Origin: Candidatus Margulisbacteria bacterium GWF2_35_9
GTDB taxonomy: Bacteria > Margulisbacteria > Riflemargulisbacteria > GWF2-35-9
Length of the DNA: 64,000 bases
Assembly: GCA_001783275.1 (NCBI GenBank)
Contig: MFRH01000061.1
Location: 11,524-75,523 of the forward strand
Reading direction: 5' to 3'
A model generated the notes under the pieces. That model ran no database searches. It had not been told where the DNA came from and saw nothing but the letters and a program-made list of their open reading frames with translations. Numbering within the stretch: the stretch's first letter is position 1; each line of letters starts with the position of its first letter. This document shows positions 19,693-30,677 of the stretch, one piece after another. Both the position numbers and the translations under genes were made by a program.

Positions 19693-21015
19693 ATGAAGAG
19701 ACTTCTAGTTTTATTATTAGCAATGGGCTTAATTTTCACCTTTGCAGCATGTGGTGAGGATGAAACCTCAAAAGAAGAATCTGCTACATCAAGTACTAGC
19801 AGTGTAGCAGGAAATGATGACGAAAGCAGTGAAGCAGAAGCATCGGAAGCAACATCCGAAGAAGCATCAGAAGACAATACCTCTGAGGTTACGTCGGATG
19901 ATGTTTCAGACGAAACACCAAGTGAAGTAACTTTCACAAACAAGTTTGTTTCTTGGGGTGAAGCAATTGGTGTTGCTGCGAGAGGAACCGACTCAACATC
20001 GATTCGTTTTACAAAAGTTAACGAAGCGCCAGTTGCAGGTGATGTTGTTTTATTCACAAACGATTATGGCTCCACAATATCAGCTGGTTCAGAGACCTAT
20101 GCTGATTATGCAGTTTTAGTATGCACTTATGACAAAACTGTTTTCGGTTATAAAAAAACCAGCCTTAAGCAGGTAGGAGAAGATTCAGCAAAAGCTTCTA
20201 CAAGAATTCCCACAGACGGATTTGTAGTTGCAATTTCTAAGGATCAAGCAACAGAGCTTGGCCATTTGAGCAATATAAAAGATGCAGACAAATTCTTTGT
20301 ACATGGTATTCAAATCGGTGACTTAAGTGTATCCCTTAAAAAAGCTACAAAAGCTCCAAAAATTGATGGTAATATATCAAAAACGGAATACGGCACATCA
20401 AAATGGGTTGTAAACGAAAACAATAAGCTCTGGGATTATTCGCAGTTTAAAGGTCAATACTATGCAACCGCAGAGGTATTTGCTACATATGATAATGATA
20501 ATCTTTACCTTGGAGTTGTAGTTGACTCTCCATACCATCACTGCCCGCTTACACAAACGAATGCAGGCTCAATGTGGCAGTACGAGTGTATCCAGGTTAA
20601 TGTATCCTCTGTTGATCCATCTGGCGATTATATGTCTGAGCATTTTGATCATGCTATTGATCCGAAAGCTTCTCAGGAAGGTGTTGTTCGTCAATACGGA
20701 TTTGCAGCTAATGAAGAGAATGAAACTCTGTCTGTTGTTTGGATGGGTGTTGATACAACCTTTACAGGTGAAGCTTTCTGCAAGCGTGACGATACCAAAG
20801 AAATGACTTATTATGAAGTAGCAATTCCGTGGGCTGAACTCGGCTCAGATGCTATGCCATTTGACGTTACAAAAGCTGATACAGTTGGTTTCTCAATTTC
20901 CATCAACTCTTCCAATGAAGATGATGCTACATGGAAAAATATTATGATGCGTGATGGCGGCGGTATTATAGGACGTAACGATTTTTCCAAGATAGCAATT
21001 GCTTCTCTTGATTAA
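19693..21015 (+). CDS. lipoprotein with Ser/Glu-rich linker and CBM9/DOMON-like domain
   Basis: MKRLLVLLLAMGLIFTFAAC lipobox with SD AAAGGAG. The ORF-track start at 19600 overlaps the upstream gene and lacks an SD. Confidence 0.45.
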   Translation: MKRLLVLLLAMGLIFTFAACGEDETSKEESATSSTSSVAGNDDESSEAEASEATSEEASEDNTSEVTSDDVSDETPSEVTFTNKFVSWGEAIGVAARGTDSTSIRFTKVNEAPVAGDVVLFTNDYGSTISAGSETYADYAVLVCTYDKTVFGYKKTSLKQVGEDSAKASTRIPTDGFVVAISKDQATELGHLSNIKDADKFFVHGIQIGDLSVSLKKATKAPKIDGNISKTEYGTSKWVVNENNKLWDYSQFKGQYYATAEVFATYDNDNLYLGVVVDSPYHHCPLTQTNAGSMWQYECIQVNVSSVDPSGDYMSEHFDHAIDPKASQEGVVRQYGFAANEENETLSVVWMGVDTTFTGEAFCKRDDTKEMTYYEVAIPWAELGSDAMPFDVTKADTVGFSISINSSNEDDATWKNIMMRDGGGIIGRNDFSKIAIASLD

Positions 21016-21069
21016 TACTAATTATCCAAAGAAACATTAAAAAAATTCTTCAAAAAAGTCCTATATTTA

Positions 21070-21097
21070 AATTAATCCGGCGATTTTGCCGGATTAA
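21070..21097 (+). terminator. perfect 11-bp palindromic hairpin (attaatccggc/gccggattaat)
   Basis: Seen directly. No clear T-run, so terminator function is uncertain. Confidence 0.35.
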
Positions 21098-21180
21098 TAG
21101 AAACTTTTTCTCGAATTTATCACTGTTTCTAAAAATAATTAGTATAAGAAATAATATAAATAAACAGGAGTTAATTTTAA

Positions 21181-22041
21181 ATGAAAATCGGTGTTAGTAT
21201 ATACAGTTTTCACGGTTATGCAAGTCAGGATAATCTTGGAGTTAAAGGCTGTATTGATAAAGCAAAAGAAATCGGATGCGAGGGTGTTGACCTTATAGAG
21301 AGACCTGCTTTTGATACTCATGAGCAGTATTTGGCTTACGCAAAGGATATCGGCGAACATTGTAAAAAGGTAGGCATTGATGCTGTTTGTTATTGCATTG
21401 GTGCAGATTTTCTTAACAGAAATCTTGAAGAAGAAATCGAAAGAGTTAAGAAGAATGTTGACATAGCGGCTGCTTACGGCTGTAAATTCATGCGTCACGA
21501 TGCAACTCCCGGTTATCCAAGCAGTGTAAAAACAGGCAGAAGCTTTGATGTAGTTCTTCCGATTTTAGCTAAGGCATATAGAGAAGTAACCGAATACGCT
21601 GAAAAAAAAGGTATTAAGACCTGTATTGAGAATCATGGTTTCTTCGCTCAGGATCCTGACCGTATTGAGAAGCTTATTAACGCTGTCGGACATCCTAATT
21701 TCGGAGCGTTGGTTGATATAGGCAACTTTGCTTGCGCCGATGTTGATAACGGTTACGCTGTCGGAATTGTCGCACCCTATGCGTTCCATTCACACGCCAA
21801 GGATTTCCATATAAAGGACGGAAACGGTGATTTCCCGGGTGAAGGCTTTTTCCAGACCAGAGCCGGAAATTATCTTCGCGGTTCAATAATCGGTCACGGT
21901 GACGTACCTGTTCGCAAGTGTATTGCTGCTCTTAAGAGAGCAGGATACGACGGATATATGATGATAGAGTTTGAGGGTATGGAAGATCCGATCAAAGGAA
22001 TTACGGTCGGTTATAACAACCTTAAGCGTTTTATCGGATAA
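21181..22041 (+). CDS. sugar phosphate isomerase/epimerase (xylose isomerase-like TIM barrel)
   Basis: Family-level similarity over 286 aa. A terminator hairpin gggcggagt...actccgccc follows. Confidence 0.75.
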   Translation: MKIGVSIYSFHGYASQDNLGVKGCIDKAKEIGCEGVDLIERPAFDTHEQYLAYAKDIGEHCKKVGIDAVCYCIGADFLNRNLEEEIERVKKNVDIAAAYGCKFMRHDATPGYPSSVKTGRSFDVVLPILAKAYREVTEYAEKKGIKTCIENHGFFAQDPDRIEKLINAVGHPNFGALVDIGNFACADVDNGYAVGIVAPYAFHSHAKDFHIKDGNGDFPGEGFFQTRAGNYLRGSIIGHGDVPVRKCIAALKRAGYDGYMMIEFEGMEDPIKGITVGYNNLKRFIG

Positions 22042-22099
22042 ATTGTTCGAGTGGGCGGAGTACGATAAGTGCACTCCGCCCTTTCATTAAGGAAAATAT

Positions 22100-22744
22100 A
22101 TGGAAAATAATGTTAACGATTATAAAAAAAGAAAGCTAAAAAAAATATTAAAAATATCAGCTATAATATTAATAGCTTTTATCGTTCTTATTCTTGCTTT
22201 TTATGCAATCTACGAAATGCTAAAAAAGCCGATAGATACTGTTGGTGATAATTCCGATGATATAAGCTTTTTTGATGCTGATTATAACGAGGATATTTTC
22301 CAAAACGAGCTTTATTTAAGAAAAAATAGAAATATATTTTACTATGAATATGGAACAGGGGAGCCATTGTCAGAAGATAATCTTGATGACTTTTCTGCAA
22401 GTGCAAAATTCTTTTATAATTATTTTTCTATCGTTACAAATGGTGATTATAATGAATATAAGACCCTGTTCACAAAAGATTTTTTTAAAAATTACAAAAT
22501 TCCCGATAAATTTACAATGCAAAAAATATATAATATTGAAGTAAACCTGTATGACAGAAAAACTATAAACGTGAACGAAAAGGTTGAATTATATATTGTA
22601 AAATATAAGATAATGGAAAACAACGGAACATTTCGTCGTGATGTAGGTAGTAATATTATAAAACCGCTTGTATTTGAATTATATACAACCGATCAGGGTG
22701 TTTTAATAAATGGTATTGATTTCAAGACAAATATCTATGATTAA
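22100..22744 (+). CDS. hypothetical membrane-anchored protein
   Basis: Single N-terminal TM helix. No recognisable domain. Confidence 0.4.
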   Translation: MENNVNDYKKRKLKKILKISAIILIAFIVLILAFYAIYEMLKKPIDTVGDNSDDISFFDADYNEDIFQNELYLRKNRNIFYYEYGTGEPLSEDNLDDFSASAKFFYNYFSIVTNGDYNEYKTLFTKDFFKNYKIPDKFTMQKIYNIEVNLYDRKTINVNEKVELYIVKYKIMENNGTFRRDVGSNIIKPLVFELYTTDQGVLINGIDFKTNIYD

Positions 22745-22824
22745 ATTTTAAAAAAGCATACAGTTCCAAAACTTCGTAACTCGAAGCAGAAAGCTCGATA
22801 TCGATGGAAGGATAGAATACAATT

Positions 22825-23526
22825 ATGAAGGTAGTATTTACTATTAATACAGATACTGATCTCAATGAAATAATCAATAAAGTAAAAAAATTTTCCAAAA
22901 AGGTTGCTAAAGAAGTATCCGAGGACGTTGCGAGTATTCGTGAACGTGATCCCGCAGCACGTAGTAATGCGGAGGTATTACTTTTGTATCCGGGTCTTCA
23001 TGCGGTTATTTCTCACAGAATTGCACATTTTCTTTACCATAAGGGGCATTATTTTATAGCAAGAACCGTAAGTCAGGCAGCTCGCAGCTTGACAGGTATT
23101 GAAATTCACCCTGCAGCAAAAATCGGTAAAGCTTTGTTTATTGATCACGGTAGTGCCGTTGTAATTGGTGAAACTGCTGAAATAGGGGATAATTGTACAA
23201 TATATCAATCAGTTACTCTTGGCGGAACAGGCAAGCATACAGGCAAAAGGCATCCAACAATCGGTAATAATGTTATGATTGGTGCAGGTGCAAAAGTGTT
23301 GGGACCGATTGTTGTAGGAAATAATTCGAAAATTGCAGCAGGTGCTGTTGTTTTAAAAGATATTCCGGAGAATTCAACAGCAGTAGGAATTCCTGCGAAA
23401 GTAATAAAACTGGATAACACTCGTATTGAAAACAATCTAGATCAAGTAAATATACCCGACCCTGTTGCACAGGAATTGTGCATATTAAAACAGAAAATTG
23501 CGGAATTGGAAGCGAAAATCAAATGA
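22825..23526 (+). CDS. cysE: serine O-acetyltransferase
   Basis: SAT N-terminal domain plus left-handed beta-helix hexapeptide repeats. Confidence 0.85.
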   Translation: MKVVFTINTDTDLNEIINKVKKFSKKVAKEVSEDVASIRERDPAARSNAEVLLLYPGLHAVISHRIAHFLYHKGHYFIARTVSQAARSLTGIEIHPAAKIGKALFIDHGSAVVIGETAEIGDNCTIYQSVTLGGTGKHTGKRHPTIGNNVMIGAGAKVLGPIVVGNNSKIAAGAVVLKDIPENSTAVGIPAKVIKLDNTRIENNLDQVNIPDPVAQELCILKQKIAELEAKIK

Positions 23527-24569
23527 GATATAAAGCGAAGATAAATGCCGCCATTATTGTAGTGGCGGCTTTAATTATAATAACATCATGTTTATTTTTT
23601 TATGATAAATATACATCAGATACAGTTTCAGATTCTTTGGAATATTCATCAATAACGGATTCTGATGCAAGTAAAAGTATATCAGCAGATATATCAATGG
23701 ATATAAGCTCAATTGATGAAGTAATATCCGATATCGAGAATAGCGAACAGACATCAGCAATTGAAGTAGTTTTACACTATTCTGAGCAATTGGATCTGCA
23801 ACTTGATGCCTCTTATGCTATTGCTGCCTACACAGATGGCAGTATTATCTACAGCAAAAATGCTCTTACACGTTGTTACCCTGCATCATTAACAAAGCTG
23901 CTTACTGTAAGCACTGCAATAAGATACATAAAAAACGATTACATATTTAAAGTAGGTGACGAGCTGGATTATATTTTGGAAGGCTCATCGGTAGCCGGTT
24001 TAGAAAAAGGTGACAAAATAGATTTTCTTACACTGGTTGATGCTTTATTAGTTCCGTCGGGTAATGATGCAGCATATGTTATGGCAGTGGGTATAGGCAG
24101 ATTATATTCAGAAAACCCTAACATGCCTGTTAATGAAGCGTTATCGGTTTTTTTAACTTTGATGAATCAAACCGCTGATGATTTAGGTTGTACTGATTCG
24201 AATTTTGCTAACCCAGACGGTTATCATAATGCGAGTCACCATACAACAGCAGCGGATATATTAAAAATAGCTATACATACAAATAGTCTTGATATAGTTA
24301 AAAATTCAATAAACAAGAGCAAGGCAAGGGGAGTTTATAGCAATAAGGATGTTACCTGGATAAACACAAATTTATTGTTAAAGCAAGAAGACAGTCATTA
24401 TTATCAGTATGCCACAGGAATGAAAACAGGTGCGACTCCCGAAGCAGGTAAATGTCTTGCGGCGATTGCATACAAAAACGGTAAGGAAGTAATTACGATA
24501 ATATTAGATGCTTCTTCTGATGAAGCCAGATATAAAGATGCACTAACAGTTTTTAACGCAACACTGTGA
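23522..24569 (+). CDS. D-alanyl-D-alanine carboxypeptidase (S11, PBP5-like)
   Basis: SLTK (SxxK) motif, SGN and KTG-like motifs. Start ATG overlaps the cysE stop (ATGA). Confidence 0.8.
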
Positions 24570-24589
24570 TAAATAATTCGAAAGATTAA

Positions 24590-24630
24590 TCTTTCAAATA
24601 CGGTTTTATACCGTTCCGGCACAATTCCCG
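24590..24630 (+). repeat. degenerate partial copy of the family-1 element
   Basis: Keeps gaaagatt/aatctttc-aaatacggtttt and ccggcacaattcccg; the internal hairpins are missing. Confidence 0.3.
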
Positions 24631-24643
24631 ATATCATAAATAT

Positions 24644-24671
24644 GAGCGTGCCTGCATATGCAAACACGCTC
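24644..24671. terminator. bidirectional terminator
   Basis: gagcgtg...cacgctc hairpin between convergent genes. Confidence 0.5.
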
Positions 24672-24685
24672 AGTTTATTAATTAA

Positions 24686-25567
24686 TTAAACTTTTCTCTT
24701 CTTTATAACTATCATAGTAACAACCGCACCAATAACAACCAGACCAATTATTATTCCTATGGTCACCCATGGGAAATCATCATCAACATCTTTTATATCT
24801 GATTCATCGGTTTTGTCAGCTTCTGATACAACAGAGACTTCGTCTTCGCTTTCGGCAGGATCAGAAATTACATCACTTTCTACAATAGAGGAAGTATCTT
24901 CAATTTCTGATAATTCACTTACTGCTTCAGAGATTTCTTCACTATTATCTTCTCCGATATAATCAATTGCCATTCCTGCAGACAGCTCGGTAAAACCAAA
25001 CCATTCATTTGCAACGCTAGTAACAGGATAAGAACCAAAAGCCATTGATACCATTATTTCTTTAGCATCTACTGTCTCCCCCAGTGAAATGTTTTCATCA
25101 AATATACCTGAAGTTCCTGAAGACGCCTTACCTTCTATTTCAAAGGTACCAATTTCGGCAAATCCGTCACCGTCGATTGAATAAGAAATAGTTACTTCCC
25201 CATCCTTCGGTGTATCAATTATCGCATCAAAGTAATGATAGAATGTAATATTTACCGTATTAACCTTCTTCTGAGAACCAAGATCGATAATAAGATTGCA
25301 AGTTGGGAAATCATTTGAAGTATAAGCTTTTTTATTTTGGATTAAGACAATACCTTCCATGCTAAAATTATTTTTACCTTCTGCATCCCACACCTTGTCC
25401 CCATCTGTGAGCTTAGTCATGTCTGCACCTGTTCTGACGACGACATCACCATTACCAGGCTCTAAACTGACGCTTTGTGCAACCGGATCGGCGGAAACTG
25501 TTAAGGCAGGGGAAAATAACGTTAATACCAACAATGCAAAAACTAGGATACTGGTAAACTTTTTCAT
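24686..25567 (-). CDS. hypothetical secreted acidic protein with C-terminal TM anchor
   Basis: Signal peptide. Acidic Ser/Glu/Asp stretch. C-terminal TM followed by KKRKV. Confidence 0.45.
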   Translation of the reverse strand: MKKFTSILVFALLVLTLFSPALTVSADPVAQSVSLEPGNGDVVVRTGADMTKLTDGDKVWDAEGKNNFSMEGIVLIQNKKAYTSNDFPTCNLIIDLGSQKKVNTVNITFYHYFDAIIDTPKDGEVTISYSIDGDGFAEIGTFEIEGKASSGTSGIFDENISLGETVDAKEIMVSMAFGSYPVTSVANEWFGFTELSAGMAIDYIGEDNSEEISEAVSELSEIEDTSSIVESDVISDPAESEDEVSVVSEADKTDESDIKDVDDDFPWVTIGIIIGLVVIGAVVTMIVIKKRKV

Positions 25568-25732
25568 TTTAATAAACCTCCAAAATATATAGTATTTGTT
25601 TAATTTTAAATTAGCATGTTATAATGTTTTTGTCAATAGTATTTTAAAAGTGATATTGAATTTATTGAAAAATAAGCTTCTTTAGTATTGACAAAACCAA
25701 TCTTGTATGCTATTATTTTAAATGTTGCAAAT

Positions 25733-25809
25733 GCGCTGTTAGCTCAGCTGGATAGAGTACCTGGCTACGAACCAGATGGTCGGGGGTTCGAATCCCTCAC
25801 AGCGCGCCA
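25733..25809 (+). tRNA. tRNA-Arg (anticodon ACG)
   Basis: Cloverleaf with 7-bp acceptor stem gcgctgt/acagcgc, anticodon loop cuACGaa, T-loop ggttcgaatcc and encoded CCA. TTGACA-17-TATTAT promoter upstream. Confidence 0.9.
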
Positions 25810-25919
25810 TAATTTTCCTTAGAAGCTTAATGCTTTTAAGGATTTTTTCATTTCCATTTTAGTATGCTGAATAAAATTAATAATATGCGGGAAATATATT
25901 CATAAAAGGAGGTTATGAT

Positions 25920-26249
25920 ATGATTGAAAGTAGATATCAAAAATGTATAGATGCGTGCAATAGATGTGCACAAACCTGTTATGAGTGTATGACAATGTGT
26001 CTTAACGAGCCGGATGTGAAGGCTCGAAAAACATGCATAAATATGTTAATGGAATGTGCATCTATATGCAAGGAATCTGCAGCGTTTATGAGTATGGATG
26101 CAATGCATGCTATTGATTTATGCAGATTATGTGCTGTTATATGCGAGAAATGTGCGCAGGAATGCATGAACTTCAAGGATGATCATTGTCAGAATTGTGC
26201 CAACGAATGTAATGCTTGTGCAAATGAATGTAATGCGATGGTTAGATAA
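25920..26249 (+). CDS. Cys-rich four-helix-bundle protein (DUF326, Csp3-like copper storage family)
   Basis: About 18 Cys in repeated CxxxC spacing over 109 aa, as in the Csp1/Csp3-YhjQ family. Terminator at 26267-26290. Confidence 0.65.
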   Translation: MIESRYQKCIDACNRCAQTCYECMTMCLNEPDVKARKTCINMLMECASICKESAAFMSMDAMHAIDLCRLCAVICEKCAQECMNFKDDHCQNCANECNACANECNAMVR

Positions 26250-26310
26250 ATTCTGATAAATTTTATGGCGAATGGAAAAATCCATTCGCCGTAAGATATT
26301 TTATACAAAT

Positions 26311-27465
26311 TTAATTAAGATATTTTAAAAAATCTTGATTCGACATCGGAGATGTTACCATGTATCTGGGTATCTCATAAAGATTTTCACCAATTACAAC
26401 ATCTCTTCCTACTATAGTAAAAGCAGCCTTCAAGCCTGCAGCTTTTACAGCTTTTATTACGTCAGCATCAAAATCTCCGTAAGGGTATGCAAAGTATTTG
26501 GATGGATATGCGTTCTGACTTTGCATAAGGTCATTATAAACATAGCTATATGACTGTTGGGAAAGGTGCTCATGGTTTAAATAGGTGTGACATTCCTGAG
26601 TAAATACATCAGAATTGTTTGTTAAGTCTTGTTCAGTTAAGTGTTGAAGAGAATCAAAATTATAATGTAATTCAAAATTTCCGAAAAAGGGTTGAATTAC
26701 AGAGAAGATTGTTGCCTGATATCCGAATTCTCTTAGTATAGGTGCTGCGTATTCTGTATTGGATTTGTATCCATCATCAAAGTTTAAAACAACACTTTTT
26801 TCAGGAATTGTTCGCTCACCTTTTATATATGCAATAAGCTCGTCGGTAGAAATTATCGTATATCCCGAATCTCTGATCAACTCCATATGTTTACGGAATT
26901 CTGTTGTAGAAATGGTAATTTCGTTGTTTTTCCATTTGTCAGATGCTTTATCAATATCTGGTAGTATATGATGATAAAGCAATACTGGAACACTTTTAGC
27001 ATTTTCTTTCGAACCTATAGTGTATGTACCCAAAACCTGACGTTTAACAGTAAGATAATCTAATGAATTTATTGCTCCATCTTCATCTGTGTCAGCAGCC
27101 AGCTTATATACACCATTAAGAGTATAAGTCCCTAAAAAAGCACGCTTTATCATTAAGTAGTCAAATGCTGAAACGTTTGCATCACCGTTTACATCCGCAA
27201 GCACAACAGCTTTATATGTACCGTCATTACAAAAAACATCGTAGCCGGTTCCGATTTTAACATTATCTAGAAGAACTGCGATACCGTCGGAAACACTTTT
27301 AACACTCTTTAAAAGACTTTTTAATTCCGCTACCGTTGTTTCTGGTGGGATACTTCGCATATTGTTAACGTCTGTATAAACAGCAGAAACATTTAAGCTT
27401 AGTGATAATAATATTGTAAAGCATAATAGATAAGAAATAAACCTTTTCATAATTTTACACCCCAA
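26311..27465 (-). CDS. secreted polysaccharide deacetylase (CE4/NodB) with dockerin module
   Basis: Signal peptide. Dockerin repeats DVNGDANVSAFDYLMIKRAFLGT and DTDEDGAINSLDYLTVKRQVLGT. NodB motifs including NFDDGY. Confidence 0.75.
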   Translation of the reverse strand: MGCKIMKRFISYLLCFTILLSLSLNVSAVYTDVNNMRSIPPETTVAELKSLLKSVKSVSDGIAVLLDNVKIGTGYDVFCNDGTYKAVVLADVNGDANVSAFDYLMIKRAFLGTYTLNGVYKLAADTDEDGAINSLDYLTVKRQVLGTYTIGSKENAKSVPVLLYHHILPDIDKASDKWKNNEITISTTEFRKHMELIRDSGYTIISTDELIAYIKGERTIPEKSVVLNFDDGYKSNTEYAAPILREFGYQATIFSVIQPFFGNFELHYNFDSLQHLTEQDLTNNSDVFTQECHTYLNHEHLSQQSYSYVYNDLMQSQNAYPSKYFAYPYGDFDADVIKAVKAAGLKAAFTIVGRDVVIGENLYEIPRYMVTSPMSNQDFLKYLN

Positions 27466-27467
27466 TT

Positions 27468-28064
27468 TTATCCGATAACTAATTCACCAAAAAATACAGG
27501 TTGATGAAAATCAGCATTTTCTGTATTAATCGGTGACCACATTCCATAATGTGGAATTTCTGTTTCGTCACCACATTTATAAAAATTACCGTAAAAAACA
27601 TCGCCTTTATTAAAATCACATTTACCAAATAAAGCATTTACCTGATCAAATGAGAAAAAGGTTTCGACTGTCCAGAATTCTTCCTGCTTTGTAGATTTTA
27701 CTTCGGGTAAGGCTGTTTTTTCATGAATATTTGTTTTGTTTTTACGGTCACTTCGTACCGATGCCAAAAACGCTCCGTTAGAATTCATTTCGAAATTCAA
27801 GTACAACGGACTTTCTTTGTTGAAACGTACAAAAAATTCAAGACAGCTGTCCTTATAAACAGGTTGTCCATATTCGGTGTAAATAGCTTTCGGATTTTTT
27901 TCGTAAGCAGTTAATTTTAAAGCAAAGCCTTTGTCTTTAATTAAAATTAACTGTCCAAAAGCTTTTGGCTCATATCCCTTAAGCCATTTATAACAATTTA
28001 TTTCCGCTTTAGGAACATCCGAAAAGTCAATTTTATCTTTAGTCAAAACATTATATACTAACAT
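27468..28064 (-). CDS. hypothetical cytoplasmic protein, CBM9-like/DOMON-like fold
   Basis: Weak family resemblance only. Preceded by the family-2 leader copy B. Confidence 0.35.
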   Translation of the reverse strand: MLVYNVLTKDKIDFSDVPKAEINCYKWLKGYEPKAFGQLILIKDKGFALKLTAYEKNPKAIYTEYGQPVYKDSCLEFFVRFNKESPLYLNFEMNSNGAFLASVRSDRKNKTNIHEKTALPEVKSTKQEEFWTVETFFSFDQVNALFGKCDFNKGDVFYGNFYKCGDETEIPHYGMWSPINTENADFHQPVFFGELVIG

Positions 28065-28166
28065 AAAAAACCTTCACTCCCTGCCAGGCACAAATAGTAA
28101 TGAAAAATTCGTGGAAGTACGTGCTTATGTATTTCTTTTTCTTGCATTTTTCACGCTACCTCCTAA
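28065..28166 (-). promoter_or_regulatory. family-2 conserved 5' leader element, copy B
   Basis: Aligns with 7450-7553(-). Contains an SD-led 31-codon uORF ending in overlap with the downstream start. Confidence 0.35.
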
Positions 28167-28291
28167 AATTCTATAAATATATAATACTACTATATTAATT
28201 TAATGTCAACTTATAAAAAAATAACTATTGTTAAAAAATTTATATAGGTGTATAATATAAAAGTAGCAGAAAAATTATAGGAGGAATAAAT

Positions 28292-29272
28292 TTGGAAGAA
28301 ATTCCAGTTGTTATCAATTCTTTTCTTGCATATAAAGAGACGATACAGAGTTGTTCTCCGTTAACTGTTAAAGAATACTACAACGACCTTCGTACCTTTT
28401 TTCGCTATATAATTGCAAGGCGTACAAAACAAGACCTCTCGGAGCTGGAAAAAGTAGATATATCGTCTGTTAACCTAGAACTGGCAGGTTCAATAACGAC
28501 TGATGAAATTTATTCTTTCTTACTTTTTATGTCCAAAGAAAAAATGAATAACTCTTCTGCTTTAGCAAGAAAGTTATCGGCAATCAAGGCTTTTTTTAAA
28601 TACCATACACAAAAATCAAAAAAGTTGGTAGATAATCCGGCAAAAGATATTGATAGCCCTTCTATTAAAAAAACACTGCCAAAATATCTTTCGCTTGACG
28701 AAAGTTTACGGCTCTTAGACAGTGTAGAAAGCGACAGCAAGACACATGAGCGTGATTATTGTATTATAACCCTTTTTTTAAATTGCGGAATGCGGCTTTC
28801 CGAACTTGTAGGTATCAGCCTAAATGATATCAGTGACGATATGACAAAGCTTGTTGTAACAGGCAAGGGAAGCAAGATGCGTACAATTTACCTAAACACA
28901 GCATGCAGGGAAGCGCTTGAAGCATATCTTAAGGTGCGGGAAAGAAAGGCAATGGAAAAGGGAAGATCCATTATAGATAAAAATGCTTTGTTTTTGAGCG
29001 GATTGAACCGTAGAATATCCAACAAGACAGTACAATGGCTGATTAAAAAGCAACTTGCCGAGAGCGGGCTTGAAGGAAAGGGTTATTCTGTACATAAGCT
29101 GCGGCATACAGCAGCAACACTGATGTATAACAGTGGAAACGTTGATGTTCGTGTTTTAAAGGATATACTTGGACATGAGCAGTTGAATACAACACAAATA
29201 TATACTCATGTCTCGGATAAAAAGCTTGAAGAAGCTATGGAAGCTAATCCGCTTTCTAAGAAAAAAACCTAA
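28292..29272 (+). CDS. tyrosine site-specific recombinase, XerC/XerD-like
   Basis: C-terminal catalytic motifs HKLRHTAAT...LGHEQLNTTQIYTHV. TTG start with GGAGG SD. Confidence 0.8.
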   Translation: MEEIPVVINSFLAYKETIQSCSPLTVKEYYNDLRTFFRYIIARRTKQDLSELEKVDISSVNLELAGSITTDEIYSFLLFMSKEKMNNSSALARKLSAIKAFFKYHTQKSKKLVDNPAKDIDSPSIKKTLPKYLSLDESLRLLDSVESDSKTHERDYCIITLFLNCGMRLSELVGISLNDISDDMTKLVVTGKGSKMRTIYLNTACREALEAYLKVRERKAMEKGRSIIDKNALFLSGLNRRISNKTVQWLIKKQLAESGLEGKGYSVHKLRHTAATLMYNSGNVDVRVLKDILGHEQLNTTQIYTHVSDKKLEEAMEANPLSKKKT

Positions 29273-29305
29273 TTATCAACACTGGAAGGAAGTCAAAAGA
29301 CAAGA

Positions 29306-30037
29306 ATGTTAGAAAAAGCATATCGAATCAACAGCTATGATGTCAGCCCAAATGGTTTGGTTAAAGTAAGTGCATTACAAAAATATATGCAGCAGTTAGC
29401 AAGAGAAGATTGCAACAGTTATGGAGCTACATATACTAATATGCGTGAGAACAATATGGTTTTTGTGATTACAAAAATTGGTTTGGAAATTACAGGTGAA
29501 ATACGTTCTGAGGATATAATAACTATAAGAACTTTCAACAATCAAATACTCGGTGTTCATTTCATCCGCGAATATGAGATTTTTAAAAACGATGAAAAAA
29601 CAGCAGCAGCTTCTACTTATTGGGTGTTGATTAACTATGATAAACGTAATGTAATTCGTCCGAAAAATTTCATATATCCAATAAAATCATATAATAAACA
29701 AATTGACAGTATTGAAATACCAAGAAAAATTTTTAACGAAAACGGTAGCGAATATAATGCAGGGAAAAGAAAGGTAGTTTTTTCCGATCTTGACGAGAAT
29801 AATCACCTTAACAACTGTGTGTATTCAGATATTGCACTCGATTATTCACCAATTGACCTTAATAAGTATTCAATAAATAAAACGCTAATTAATTTTGTAA
29901 ATGAAGCAAGGTTGAATGATGAATTGAATATATCGGTTATAAAGGGTGAAAACTCATATTGCCTAAATGTATACAACGATACGGCAGACAGACCATGTTT
30001 TGAAGCTGAGTTGTTTTTTACTCAAAATAAATTATAG
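29306..30037 (+). CDS. acyl-ACP thioesterase family protein
   Basis: 243 aa, hotdog-tandem FatA/B-like pattern. Confidence 0.65.
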   Translation: MLEKAYRINSYDVSPNGLVKVSALQKYMQQLAREDCNSYGATYTNMRENNMVFVITKIGLEITGEIRSEDIITIRTFNNQILGVHFIREYEIFKNDEKTAAASTYWVLINYDKRNVIRPKNFIYPIKSYNKQIDSIEIPRKIFNENGSEYNAGKRKVVFSDLDENNHLNNCVYSDIALDYSPIDLNKYSINKTLINFVNEARLNDELNISVIKGENSYCLNVYNDTADRPCFEAELFFTQNKL

Positions 30038-30123
30038 AAAATAAATAAATTAAACCATTAATTTCTATTGAAAAAGAATCAGCATTAATATATAATATTT
30101 AGTGCAAAGCAGGTGATTATAAT

Positions 30124-30588
30124 TTGTCAGAAAAAATGAAAAAGATTATTGCTCAGAACCGAAAAGCTTATCACGAATATTTTATAGAGGATACATTTGA
30201 AACCGGAATAGAGCTTAGTGGTACAGAAGTGAAATCGCTTCGGAACGGACAGGTAAACCTCAAGGATTCATATTGCCAAGTTAAAGACGGTCGGTTGATT
30301 GCATACGGAATACATATCAGCCCGTATGAAAAGGGTAATATTTTCAATACTTTACCAACGAGAGAACGCATTTTACTTATGCATAAGCGAGAGATTTTAA
30401 AGCTCTTCGGACTTGTCGGACAAAAAGGTTATTCGCTGATACCGATTTCACTTTATTTTTCAGGCAAATGGGTTAAGATGGAGCTTGGTCTTTGCAAGGG
30501 TAAAAAGTTATACGACAAGCGAGAAACCGAAGCTAAAAAGACAATGGCACGCGATGCTGAAAGATATATGGCAGACCGCAGAGATTAA
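30124..30588 (+). CDS. smpB: SsrA-binding protein
   Basis: [34 protein letters not shown] N-terminus is characteristic. Adjacent to ssrA. Confidence 0.9.
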   Translation: [154 protein letters not shown]

Positions 30589-30677
30589 AAGGTGAAACCT
30601 AAAAAATAAACACCTGGCAATAAGCAAAATAAACAATATTATTATTAATTTAGTTGACATAATAAGGAGTAAAATTT

